56,939 nucleotides of DNA from positions 86,633 through 143,571 of the forward strand of contig MQRK01230279.1 of the NCBI GenBank assembly GCA_001938485.1. The letters are read 5' to 3'. This document shows, piece after piece, positions 25,800-38,303 of the stretch. The notes beneath the pieces were generated by a model. It was not told where the DNA came from and ran no database searches. It was given only the letters and a program-made list of their open reading frames with translations. The position numbers and the translations under genes are program-made. This stretch comes from Girardia tigrina. Taxonomy: Eukaryota. Each line of letters starts with the position of its first letter. Position 1 is the stretch's first letter.

Positions 25800-26592
25800 C
25801 TGAAAAGTATAAACAATATAAAACGCTTAATATTTTTTTTGCATATAATATCATCAACTGAATTATTCTAATTGTCAAAACGACTTCAGTGGCGCCAAAT
25901 GACTAATGTGTTAAGAATGAAACATATTTATCGAAGACAGAATTGACATTGTCAGGTTTTATTTAATCAAACCATTCCTTTCCAATCATAGAACTAATGA
26001 AAATAATTCTTTGACTCAATTCTTTATAGATCGAAATCAAATAATATAATCATAATAAATTACAAACTTTTTTATTAAAGATGTTTTTATATGTCAATTA
26101 ATACATAAATATAAAATTTTTGAATTAAAAAATTGAGATCTACTTAACACTAAGTAACATTATTTTTGATACATCCATGTAAACAATAGTTCTTACATTA
26201 GTAATAAAAAAGTAGTTCATATATCACTTGATCATTGGCAACATAACTAGTGATTGCTATAATCCATAACAGAATATTTATTAACCTATAATGACCTAAA
26301 AACGGCCAATGAATAACTGATTGAGGTAATAATATGTCCCTTTGGATTGAGGGTTTGTGATGATACACACACATTTACGCGTACATACGCACACACACAT
26401 ATATACTCGCACAATTGAATCTATACCAGTGCGTTTTAAATCTGTAAACCAATAAATTAATCTCTATTCCTTTTTAAATTTTGAAAAATAAAAATATTTA
26501 CTTCAAACTAAAGCTACTGAAAACTATTTTTAAAATGATTTTTTTCTTTACTTCCTACCAATGCAAACAACAATATAAACACATTTTATTAA

Positions 26593-26829
26593 CCCATATG
26601 GCACCTCTGTACCTGATTGGGTACAGTGAAACAATTGAAGGCAGTTGTAATTTTTTACTTATTGCTGCTGGAACACAACATTATGGTAACATTAGACAAA
26701 TTGTGTACAGATACACGAATTAGGAAAAAATTAAAAGAAGAAAATACTGAAGAATACAAACAAATCATAAAAATTCCATATTAAACGTTTCGTATTAATG
26801 CTTTTGGTTTTATTTTGGCGGTTAATGGG
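26593..26829. mobile_element. piggyBac-like MITE
   Basis: TTAA|CCCAT...ATGGG|TTAA; imperfect TIRs CCCATATGGCACC versus CCCATTAACCGCC. Confidence 0.45.
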
Positions 26830-27491
26830 TTAAACAAAATGATGCAGAAGTAAATCTTCACATAAAATGACGGTTGCATGATCATTAAATCAAATTTATT
26901 TGCTTACTTTAATCATCATCAATGATTATTTAGTTTTCAATCAGTCACAGTTTTTTACTTAAATATCTGATATTTAATATATTTTAAAAATCAATTAACA
27001 AATAAACATAGCTGCTATTTAATACATTAAGGAACTGAATATTCGGTCCTATAAGAACATTATTAAATTAGAAGTACTAAATATACAAAATTAAGAAATA
27101 GAAATATCGATATATTATTTACAAATTACCTTTTTCACTGAGCACTTTATTAATTTTTAAAGATTTAGAATAACCACTTTGATTTAACAAGAAACTTATC
27201 TTATATTGGTTCACAAAAAGTCCCGGGTGAAGTATATAAATCAGTATCAGTTTTTCTTTTTATGAATTCTAGTTCTTGAGAACTAAAGTTATCCAGCTTT
27301 TCTTAAATCTGTTGAAAGTAATAATAAACTAAATTCCTTGTTAAATTAAAATGGTTATTCTAAATTGTTTTTTTTTAAAAGTTACAAAGGAAACATTGGA
27401 TAAAATACTTTTAAAAGAGAGCGCTAAAAATCAGTGTTTTGTTTCTCTTGATGGTCTAAGAAAGAAATTGAAGTTACTTGAGATATTAATA

Positions 27492-27655
27492 CAGTATAAC
27501 CTCTAAATTTGGCCAAAAATGGGGAACGCCAAAGCATCTCCATTTTTATTTTCTCCAATTTCATATTCCAATAATGTATCATCTTCCTCCATAGGATCTT
27601 GAATATCTACTTAAAAATCTTTAAAATTTTGGCCAAATTTAGAAGGTTTCCATTG
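27492..27655. mobile_element. Small pogo-like MITE
   Basis: Inverted repeats CAGTATAACCTCTAAATTTGGCCAA / TTGGCCAAATTTAGAAGGTTTCCATTG. Confidence 0.55.
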
Positions 27656-27659
27656 ATTT

Positions 27660-28170
27660 TTAAAAGATTGTTTCTAATACTAAAAAGTATATCACGATCT
27701 CATAAAATTCAAAATATGTTCAGTAATAAATCTATATTACTTTTAACACCGCGTTCTATTGTTGTTTATGAATATAAATGTAAAGGATACTACAAACATT
27801 GAAGATACTGCCTGTAATCTCTGTAAACGAATTCAAGAACATTTTCGAAGAGGGTAAGAACATTGAAGCAAAACATTGGAAAAATGTAAATGTGATAATA
27901 ATATTGATAACTTCAAGATTCTGTGTCAACGTTTTGATAGTTATTCGGAGAGTACTATATGAATCATTATTAATAAGGTCGCATTGCTCTAAAATCAATG
28001 TTTAAGTTGCAGTCTCAATGAGCTTTTTGTAAATTTTTAATTAGCATGGTTTTTGATGTTATTTCTTACATACGCAAAATTGTTGCATTTATATACATGG
28101 ATTATATAATTAGTTAGTGACTTGATTAAGACGGTTGATCCATCGAAATATATTATCTATAAAAGTATAT
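27660..28170 (+). mobile_element. Penelope-like element 3' remnant (GIY-YIG endonuclease)
   Basis: Across frameshifts: SIVVYEYKC.GYY, RIQEH, KHWK, DNFKIL, LYESLLIR...KIN, typical of the Penelope-like GIY-YIG C-terminus. Confidence 0.6.
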
Positions 28171-30699
28171 ATTTTATGGAAGACTTGCTTTCATAAAATG
28201 ATAATCCTGATTTAAAGATTATAAATTTTTAATTATAATAATTTTTTCAGATGCAAATTTTACTAAAAGCGAGTATCTCTCTAAAGTTTTGACTAGCTTT
28301 GGATGAGGTAAATGCCCTCATAACCTGTGCAAAATACATATGAGGAAAATCATTTCTTTTTTACTCAGTTCATGAAAAAACTGAAGCGATTAGTCATTAA
28401 AGTAATGTTTAATATTTTACAAGGATAAAATAAAAATTTTACAAATCGAGTTATTTACTGTTTGTTTCTCCATTTCCCTTCATAATAAATGAGTGAGAAA
28501 AAACCGGTATTCATCAAACTCAACTCTTATAAATATTCTGGGTTATCAAAATTAACAAGTCAATTAAATTTATTTTTTTATTAATTTTCACCTTCAGAAC
28601 TACTTATTTTTAAAAGAAAGTTACTTATAAATTTCAGTTAATGACTATGAAATAGTTATGTCACCATTATGTCATTTAATACTCTATGTAATGTTTTAAA
28701 GCAGTGATAGTCAATCTGGTCCGATGTAAAAAGATTTTTCCTGTTAATTTAAATATATTTTTTTTAAAAAACAATATGTTGACAATATTATTTAAGGACG
28801 TTTTTATTTATTAGGCATATTCGATTTCTAGATTTTTAGATATACGTTGCGCTTTGATGTACAAAGATTCAAAGCTATAAAAAGACCTGAATAATGTGTT
28901 AAGATTATTTGCTCTTGTATTCATAGCACAAATTATTGTTGGTGCAGGTGTTTATTGCTTCTTTGTATTCATATAAATATCAATTTTTGCTAAACATCAC
29001 ATAAAGAGTTAAAAACGCATTGTTTGCTATTATTTTTTTTACATTACTACTTAAAACCCTTTTACATTGCTTCTGTTCAATATAATAAACAACTTATAGA
29101 AACTTAATATGAAATGTACTACGAATTTCGTTTTTTTCTTATGCACATTCAGAATTAGCTTCATGTCTTTAAGGGAATGATAGCAAAATATTTCCATGTA
29201 GGTGTGATACTGTGTATGTAAGGTACTTTGTTAGTACATTTGTTAGTGTACTAAAATAATGTATTTGTATGCTTTAAGTTTTCTCAACTCTACTTTTTAA
29301 ATTGTTTAAACCTTCCTACTTTATCAATTATCAATACTATAGAAAAGGTGGGCGGTAAAAATATTTTACAATCAATTAAGGTAAAAAAGTGGGTGGTAGG
29401 TATGAAAAGGATAACTACCCATCTTTTAGAGTGAAGTTGGAACATTCATTTAAGGATCCTAAGATTTTATATACGTTTCATATGTAATTCTCTCCTAACT
29501 CTCCTTAGATTGAGTGTACATAATTTTACAATTTTCTAATTATTCTGAGATATACCTATTTGTCAGTTTATCGAGATGGACTGTCCGATGAAAAATAAAT
29601 TTAAAATTAAATAAAAATCCATTTTTTCCGATATCTACATGAGGACAGAGATTCAATTTTATTCGAAGATTTTTTGTAAAAATAATTTTATTTAATTTTT
29701 AATCCCATCGTTATAAAAATAAAAAAAAACTTAATTTAAAGAGTTCATTAAATCATGTTCTAAAAATTTATATTTAATGAATTACATATTTTGTCAAATT
29801 AAAAACTTAAAAGTTCTTTAATTTTTAAAAATATTTAAATTTTGTTAAAATATACAGAAAAAATTATGGTATATTTCTAAATTACATTTATCATCTTTGT
29901 AGCATACATATAAAATTACAGTTCTTTTTAAAAAGTGCGATGTTAATAAACAATTTTAAATCTGTGACACAGGAACTTGAACATGATGACATCCCAAATA
30001 CAGACATTATATTTTATTATGGTATCATTTTACCTCATTTTAATTTAATCCGGGAAATACAACTCATTTCATGTCAACATAAATTATGGGAAAATACTGT
30101 GAAATGTCTTCTGATCTGGATCAGACCTACAATCATTCTCTATTAGCTCTAGTTTTATACACCCAATCATTGATTTGGGCGTTATTTGTTTTCTATATTT
30201 TCGACTTAGTATGACTGAAAAATGGATTAATTCTTTACTTTTCTTATGTAGCCACTGACGAATTTGTAGAATTCAAATGCAGTATTTACAAAATTGCAAA
30301 TTTCTTTTAATTTTTGAAATATTGTAGATAATATATTAATAATTTATTTAACATATTATATGAAAAAATAGTATAATTTCTCACAAGGAAACTGTTTTCT
30401 TATAAGTATTTTTAATTTGTATTGATTTAGAAGTATTTTAGTTTAGAAAAATGTAAACATCGAAGAGCTCTACTTGAATTAAACGAGATCAGAATTTAAA
30501 TACAAAAATACTTTCTGTGGTAAAAATAGAAAGTTTATAAGAGGTATCTTATATTCAGAATTAAAACCATATTTCATGCAATGGTTTTTTTAATTTAAAT
30601 CATTTTTAAAAGATTGTGTTGCTTCTTTTAATAAAAAATTATATTGAAATGGCGCTAAAGTAAAAGTTTTTTTGACCAATTTGCTATTTATTATGATTA

Positions 30700-30911
30700 C
30701 AGGTTTTTTTCGAATATAAGACCACCTTGAATATGACCATTTTTGCCATTTTGTGGTTGATTTTTGTGTTTATATTTTTAATAATTAAATTTGCGTGTTT
30801 ACCTTATTTGTCCTTGAATATAAAACCATAGTCTTATATTCAAATCTGCAAATGACCAAAAATGATAAAATTGTCATATTTAGGGTAGTCTTATTTTCGA
30901 AAAAAAACCAA
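30700..30911. mobile_element. Tigger-like MITE
   Basis: TIRs GGTTTTTTTCGAATATAAGACC / AGTCTTATTTTCGAAAAAAAACC plus internal GAATATAA(G/A)ACC repeats. Confidence 0.6.
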
Positions 30912-31768
30912 TAATACCAACAAATACTTAACTACTCTTTGGTTTTTAGACTGTCATACAAATGGTTTCATTAGTTGAAGATATTTTTAAGTTACTATTA
31001 GAACCGCAAAATATAACTTCTACATTTCTTATCACATGAAAAATTGCGATTGATCTTTAAAAAGATAGAATAAGTCTGTAATTACAAAAATTTATCTAAG
31101 AATTTTATTTTCAAAAGAATGTTTAACAACTTTAGAGACAGGCAAATGTCTCATTATTCATAAAATGTAATCAGTACTATATGAAACTATAACAAATTAT
31201 ATATTTCGATTATCTTGCTATAAATTCGGTTACTTTGCTCTCTTATTATAACTCAACGTCGCCTTTCATACTGAAATATATAAATATTTACAAGCGGAAA
31301 TATACAAATTGTGTGCTGCTTTCAACAACGAAGAAAAAGTACTACAAGTATGTAGTCAAATACTAACAGATCTCAAGACCGAAATTCGAGGATGATTACG
31401 AACGAAGCACAGATTTTATTATATTTATAATCGTCGAAAAAATGTGTTTGAGGTTAACACATTAATACAATGAATATAATGTAATAAATCAATTGATATT
31501 ATCTACCAGTATAATTGTCAATTCCAAGTGTGGTATTTGTATTCATTTTCACAAGACTAATGTACCTATATATTTACATTATACAAATTTCTTACTAATT
31601 CCATTTTAAAAAATTCATATTAAAATGAACTACTTTTAGGTGCTTTAATTTATTATTAAATGAAAATAAAGTATTTACTTTTTGTTCGGTTTAAATAAAA
31701 AAAAGGAAAAATTTAAAAACTAAAATAACTATGTATACGATATATAAATAATAGATACTGGTTAATTT

Positions 31769-32465
31769 ATTGAATCCTGTTCGCGTTTTATTATTATGAT
31801 GATATAGCGGTAACTCTGCTCGAAATTGAAGTTCTATTGAAAAAGAAGTTTTTCCCAGTGTTATAAAGAAAATAAAGAGTTATATTAAAATAGATTTTTT
31901 TTCTTTCACCGAAATTAATCTAATAAAAGCTACAATGAATTTTGATGGCCAAATCAGTTTTGATCCGGACTTTCTGCCGTTTAATGCAACTATTAAATAC
32001 AATATGTCAAACCCGTTGGTAATATAACGATCGCAGCGTGAATATCATAATGAGACGAGCAATGAAACAAACAAATGATGAGCTTTTAGCAATCGAACAT
32101 GAAAGGAATCACCAAATCTTCGTCGAACAAACCAAACTGGTAATCGTGCGATGTGACAGCCGAATAACCATCAGCGGTGAATGTGAAACCGCCATCGTCA
32201 AGGCTCCATTGGATGATTGTGTACGACCCACCGACCCAACCTGTCGGGGCAAAACGAGAATCGTTGCGAAATCGCATCGCTAGACTGACGAGAGACGTTG
32301 GGACATCTCCTAATCGTTCCACGGAGAGACGGAGGCAAACTTTCAATTTATGAGTATGTGATATTTGTATATTTATATATTAAATATATAAATAATCCTC
32401 CCACTTTTGACGAATAGTAGGGCTGTAACACATGATAAAAGGCGCTTCCACTGTGCTACCGCGAC
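31769..32465 (-). pseudogene. Degenerate tRNA-like or SINE-head sequence split by the 31800-32430 insertion
   Basis: Rejoined minus strand GTCGCGGTAGCACAGTGGAAGCG-CCTTTTATCATAATAATAAAACGCG-AACAGGATTCAA has a Pol III A box (TAGCACAGTGG) and a stem-loop spanning the junction. Confidence 0.3.
31800..32430. mobile_element. Solo-LTR-like insertion (631 bp)
   Basis: TG...CA with imperfect inverted termini TGATATAGC / GCTGTAACA; flanks TATGA / CATGA (4 of 5). The minus-strand start TGTTACAGCCCTACT resembles that of the 20456 LTR (TGTAGTGCCCTACT). Confidence 0.55.
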
Positions 32466-32912
32466 ACTTTTTTTCATTTTGCATTTTTGATCTTCTGTTT
32501 ATTTGTTCTGTATTACAGATTGCTTATTTAAACCTCTTTTTTGTTAAACTTTTTCAATATGCTTCTTTATAACTAAAACTGTGTTCAGTGTTTATTTTTC
32601 ATTCTTACAAAACTTAAAAATCAATTTAAAAATTTCGGTTACTTTTGGTAAATAATGAAATGGAAGATAAAATATACCTTGTGAGGAAGTATCCAGTTAC
32701 ATTGAAAGTCAAATGTTGAATTAATAATATTCTGTTATATTATTTGAGGTTTTGAATTTTAAAAGCATATTATCCTAAAAATATTGTTCTTTAATGTTTT
32801 TTATAAAAACATTATAAATAAATTTTTGTGTGCTTCTATATAAAGACTCTCTGAATTATTGTGTTTTATAACAGAAAAAATACTTTGTGGTATCTTATAC
32901 ACACACAGACAC

Positions 32913-32953
<41 letters not shown>

Positions 32954-32956
<3 letters not shown>

Positions 32957-33098
32957 GACTACAGATATATCAAAGTGGCATTTGCCAAAAAACTTGGGTA
33001 TAACCGTAGTTCCATATAGCCATAGCATCACCTTCCATTACCTAAGCACTGATATTTAGTCGGCACAATAACATATCTTCGATATATACGGAGTACAC
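32954..33098. mobile_element. 145-bp MITE within (TA)n
   Basis: TIRs GTGGACTACAGATATATC versus GTGTACTCCGTATATATC (14 of 18 match); TA runs on both sides. Confidence 0.55.
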
Positions 33099-34643
33099 TA
33101 TATATATATTCTTATATATTGTTGTGTATAAACTAATTGATAGTTTGAATTGAATAACATAGATAATGTGGTACGATTATTATTAAGTATGTCTAGACAA
33201 TCAAGTTTAGAATACAGTGAACAGTTAGTGTATAGTAAATATAATCACTGTTATTTTTTAATTTGAATAATTCCTTTTATATGTTTACTGTTAGAAGATA
33301 CCTCTAAAATTTAGAGTAAGATCAAACCGAATCGGATTTTATTTTTTTTACTTTCGATAGAAAAATTTACTTTACAAATTCTTCCAATATTACAGCATTT
33401 TATTCTTGAATAAGTTAAAAATTAATAAAAATCAAACAATTTTATGGTGATAGAAATATGATATACTAATAAATAATTGATTAAATTGGTTGCCCTCCTC
33501 ATATAAAAAGTTAACTACAACAAATGACATTGTAAATACAAATCTTGAATATATATTCAGAATTTTACAAATAAAAATCATTTAAATAATTAATATAAAA
33601 TAAGCTATACATAGCTAAAGATAAAATCCGTATACGAAAATACTTTGAAATTGTTACTACACAAACTTTAACTAAAAGCACTCTTAGTCTTACAATTTTA
33701 AATATCACAGCATTTAAAGAGAAAATTGATTATCATCACTAGAGTTTTTTTATAATATCAACACAATTGTAAACGCATTCTTTAACATTAAATATATAAA
33801 GGTAATCTCACCTAAAATCATTAATTTGTTATGTGCGGAATTTTATGGTCAACCGTGACCGTTACTTAATCCAAAAAGTATTTAACATTTAAAATATAGA
33901 AACATTTTTCAATTTGTCGACATGATGTATATAAAAACCCCTAAAGGTCGCAAAATTGATATTCTTCAATGTCTACTTATCAATGTTTATTTATACTCAT
34001 TTTAGGTTTATTGTTTATGATTAATTTTATTTATTTAATGGTATTTAATGATTCTTTGGTTAATAAAAATTACTAATCAAAAATTTTATAAATTATCAAA
34101 ACGTAATTTATATTAATCATTCAAAATAGTAATATAATTATGATTTTCGGATAATTTTTAAATGTTTAAAATATTACATAAATCGAATCATTAGGTAGAC
34201 CCATAACCAAGTAGTGATTTTGATGTAAATATTTCTTTTAGATTTCTTTTTTAGAAAAATATATATATGAAGAAAATAATGCAAAACTTTTCTCTCATCA
34301 ATTTAGAATTTATTTAATTCAACTAAGCAATACTGAATTATCAATAGTTGAATCAAATAATATCTCAAGCTATCTATGTTTACATATGGTCAGAACTTTT
34401 TAGTTTTGTTAGTTACAATCTGCAACTTTGTCGTGACTGGAGTGATTAAATCCATAATTGACCATTACATATGTTTATGAGAAAATACAAAAAATCTAAA
34501 AAAATGACCATATATTCTGGTTATAAAGAATTCTTTATTTTAATGAATGATAAAATAAAGATAATAATCAGAAAACACTGAAAACGGTAGTACTTCTTTT
34601 ATAAATAATCTGTTCAGGAATAGAGTGTTTCGGACCCAGTCGG

Positions 34644-34646
<3 letters not shown>

Positions 34647-34684
<38 letters not shown>

Positions 34685-34734
34685 NNNNNNNNNNNNNNNN
34701 NNNNNNNNNNNNNNNNNNNNNNNNNNNNNNNNNN

Positions 34735-34774
<40 letters not shown>
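34647..34774. repeat. (TA)n microsatellite spanning an assembly gap; other (TA)n runs near 8028, 8829, 9654, 32916, 35133 and 36479
   Basis: Directly visible; 50 N at 34685-34734. Confidence 0.95.
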
Positions 34775-34777
<3 letters not shown>

Positions 34778-34815
34778 CGAAAATATAATTTGATTAAAGC
34801 TTTTCTTATCCAACT

Positions 34816-34857
34816 ATTGGACATGTTTCGATGTTTATATACATCATCATCAGCAAT
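34816..34857 (-). ncRNA. Minimal type I hammerhead ribozyme (minus-strand copy)
   Basis: Exact reverse complement of 35020-35061. Confidence 0.7.
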
Positions 34858-35019
34858 TTTCTATTGAATTGTTTGAATAATACAATTTAATCATTATTCA
34901 TACCAAAAATCTCATGGATTTTAAAGACTGCATAGAAAGTATGCCACAACACATAATTCGAGAAATGGTGGTATTACAAAATATAATTTAATTGTATTAT
35001 TCAAACAATTCAATAGAAA

Positions 35020-35061
35020 ATTGCTGATGATGATGTATATAAACATCGAAACATGTCCAAT
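35020..35061 (+). ncRNA. Minimal type I hammerhead ribozyme
   Basis: ATTG-CTGATGA-T-GATGT atataa ACATC-GAA-ACATGT-C-CAAT: helix I ATTG/CAAT, core CUGAUGA and GAAA, 5-bp helix II, palindromic helix III (ACATGT), GUC cleavage triplet. Confidence 0.75.
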
Positions 35062-35126
35062 AGTTGTATAAGAAAAGCTTTAATCAAATTATATTTTCGA
35101 AATACTAAACTTGCGTTCACAAGACT

Positions 35127-35164
<38 letters not shown>

Positions 35165-35166
<2 letters not shown>

Positions 35167-36478
35167 GTGTATCAAAAAAACAATACAGTGAAAAAATAAT
35201 AATAACTTGTAGTTATAATGGTGAAACACGAAGCTCTGTGAAATTTCCATGATTTTCCATACATTTTTCAAGACGGTGAATGAAACAGCGATGAACCGCT
35301 GAGTGTCACACAAATCAGGTGCTGTACGTATTTCATTAAAGGAATGATAAATGCAAGCTCGTAACTGTTCTGTGTTAACAAATGGTGAATGTGCATAAAT
35401 TTTGTTTTTTACTGCACCCCATAAGAAAATATCACACATTGACAAGTCTGCGGGCAAAGATGTCCAATTCAGAGTGAGATGAGCACCAACCAATCGATCT
35501 TCAAATTCTTGCTGCAGAAAAGCTCGTGTTTGTAAAGTAGTGTGTGCTGTTGCGCAATCTTGTTGAAACCACACTTGTTTGAATCGATTAGCACCAAACT
35601 TCTCATGCATTTCCATCGTAAGCCACAATACCAACTCTCTGTATTTTTCTGCATCAACATTAACACCATCTGGAAGAAAGTAAGGCTCAAAGAGATGCCC
35701 ACCACTGAGAGCAGCAAACACAGTCACTTTCCTGAATTGATTATTATATCGACATAATGAGATGGTGGCCGCTCGATACCCTATACAACTGCATTTCACA
35801 CTTGCATGTGGCCGTTGAGATACACACTGGCTTCATCAGATGAGAAAAAGAGAGTCGGATCAACATGACTGCCGTAAAAGAGTTCCAGAAGAGGGCCACA
35901 AGCTCTTTTACGCAGATACGGTGAGTTTCAGTTAGGTGAGGCACCACTTGCAAAACATAGGGCTTCAGCAGCAGGTCATGACGGACAATATTTTGGACAC
36001 AATGCTGACTCAAACACAAATCACGTGCAACGTGTCGAATTGATTTGCTTGTCCCAATAATCTCTCTGGCCACATTCATTATATTATTGGGTGTGCGAGC
36101 TGACCGCTTTCTTCCAAAATGTGAGCCACTATGAGAGTTACTGATACTGTTCTGGTTACTAAGGCAGTATCGGATATTAATTTTCTTCATTTGATATTGA
36201 GTGTCACATTCAATGTGGGAAATTCTTTGTTGAGAGCCTCACCAGCTTTACGATAACTTCCATGCAAATGGTAAAGGTCAATAGATCGTTTGCGCTGTTC
36301 AAGAGAGAGTTGCGGTATTGTCAAACATAACACAGCAATAATGAATTGAGTGTCTCAAATGATTATTCACACGCAAATTCACATGTCATGATGCACGATG
36401 AACAACACACGGCCACTGTATTGTTTTATAAATACAAGTTATTATTATTTTTTCACTGTTGTTTTTTTTGATACACTG
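35165..36478 (-). mobile_element. Tc1/mariner superfamily DD41D (rosa/Visitor-type) element, frameshifted
   Basis: TIRs C(C/A)GTGTATCAAAAAAACAA..CAGTGAAAAAATAATAATAACTTGTA with TA flanks. FSSDEA; WFQQD-x41-DIFLWG (41 residues counted between the last two Asp). Confidence 0.88.
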
Positions 36479-37489
36479 TATATATATATATATATATATG
36501 ATTTTGTTCATAAAATAAATGAAGATATTAAAGAAATTTTTCTTGTATAAAAAATATGTGAATAAATTTTTAAATACAAGGTAAAATTCAGAATATAAAA
36601 ATCATTTTAAATTAAAGTTAAAAGAAAGAAAAAAATTAGTTAAATTTTGCATTTCAAAAGATTTGCCTTTTGAAAAGTAAAATTTAATAATAATTAAAAA
36701 ATGTTTGTTGTTTAACTGTAGAAATGAATGTAGTTTTAAAATTTTTGAATAAAAGTTTTGAATTTTCGAGATTATCTTTACTAAATATGATGATAAATTC
36801 CACTATCAAAAATTGGAAAATTGTTTCTCATTAGCATTGAAAATGGTTTCATTAGCAGGTGGATGGAAAAATTAAGAGAATGTAAAACGGCCCTCCTTAG
36901 GGTCATAAATCTTGATTGTTTCGTTTAGTTTTGTCGAAACCCACTCGAGATTCTTATCATAATAAATAAGGTTGATTTATTTTAGTAAGTTATAACGGTA
37001 AAACAAATATTTTGGAACAAACAAACCATTTAGACATAAATCCATTAGCTAATTTTAATAAGAATTCTGATCGTTTTTTCAAATTTGTTTATTTGAGGTC
37101 TTAATAAATTATAGGTCAAGTGAATTTTTTAACCTTTTTGTAAGCGGTATTTTTAGTTTTTAAAAAATTGGTATGTAACAAATTTTTCTTTCGTAACACG
37201 ACTTTTAGGACATAACGTTTTAGATATCTGAAGATGATACATTAATGAATTTAAGGTTAATAACCCTTAGTTGATCATGAAAGTTGAAAATGATGTGCAA
37301 TTTGTTGACAAACGATACATATAACTGGGACATGTTTCAAATGAGTATTATAAATATTTAAAGCATTTATTATAGAGGAGAAAAATAATCGAATCATTCG
37401 ATGCGCAATGCAGGGTAACTCATTGTCAATGAACTCATTGTAACTCATTGCAGTGAACCACTATTAAATAATATTTACAAACTTAGTAA

Positions 37490-37770
37490 TATTCAAATCA
37501 ATTCCTTAAAAATAAGATCCCATTCGGATATTAAGTTGTCTTCACCATTGCTTAAAATTGCTTTTAATTGAAAATGCTTGTCTATATTGTGATTTTCACA
37601 TACTAATTTATATCGAATTAATCCATATCGAGATAATAATTTGATACAGTTCAAATTTGTTTAAGTTATAGTTGCTAATTCATGCGTCACTATATCCAAT
37701 TCAGTCAAATCCATAACTGGCAAGATATAGTCAAGTATTTGAGTGAGAGCTCGAGGTCGTCCGGCTAAGA
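37490..37770 (-). mobile_element. Possible Merlin/ISXO2-like transposase N-terminal remnant
   Basis: MDLTELDIVTHELATIT*TNLNCIKLLSRYGLIRYKLVCENH resembles the 'L...GL....C' N-terminus of Merlin transposases; one in-frame stop. Confidence 0.3.
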
Positions 37771-38303
37771 TTATTTAATGATTATTGATGTAAAGTTTAT
37801 TGTTTTATATTAACAATTAAAAAATAATTTAACGCGGGTAAATAGTGACTTCAAAAAAGATTTTTTACGAATAAAATCTTCAAACTAATATAATTATTGC
37901 ATAACACATGTTTTTTTAATAAATCGAAATTTCGGATTGATTCAAGACACTTCATTTCTCGGCATTTTTTTGCAAATGAAAAAAATTAAGCAACGAAACC
38001 CAATAGAAAAAAAATATCTGAGCATTACAAATATGTTTATTACTTTCATCATCATTACTAAAGAAAAATATTTAAAATATTTTTATTATCGATTTTAAGA
38101 AATTTATATTCAAATTTTAATTTTTTCTTAACACTTACTGAATTAACATATTCGTAGACAATTGATATTTATTATAAAAATTCTTTTTTGCTTTAAATTA
38201 TTGATAGAAAAAAACTTTTAATTATGAAACTAGTATTTTACAGTACGATAGTGGAATAAAAATATTTTGATGGAGTTCTTTTTTCATACTGTTTATGAAT
38301 GTA

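Larger units (their letters stand above)
34773..35130 (+). mobile_element. Penelope-like 5'-truncated insertion with inverted pseudo-LTRs
   Basis: 115-bp inverted repeat (34773-34887 versus 34990-35104, 1 mismatch), 102-bp spacer and a short unpaired tail. Each arm holds a minimal hammerhead motif. Confidence 0.7.

Noticed and set aside
27130-27308. Exon-like segment with good splice sites whose best frame has only TAG/TAA stops, suggesting TAR-to-Gln recoding
   Set aside because: The four FIG4 exons use only CAA/CAG for Gln and contain no in-frame TAR, and other ORFs end in TAA. Recoding is unsupported and the segment is not called as an exon.
32284-32315. Hammerhead-like CTGACGA followed by a GAGACGT/ACATCTC stem
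   Set aside because: The required GAAA is replaced by CTAA and no helix I or III is evident.
34540-34867. ORFs with IYIYIY runs (also 32801-33031)
   Set aside because: These are translations of (TA)n microsatellites and N gaps.
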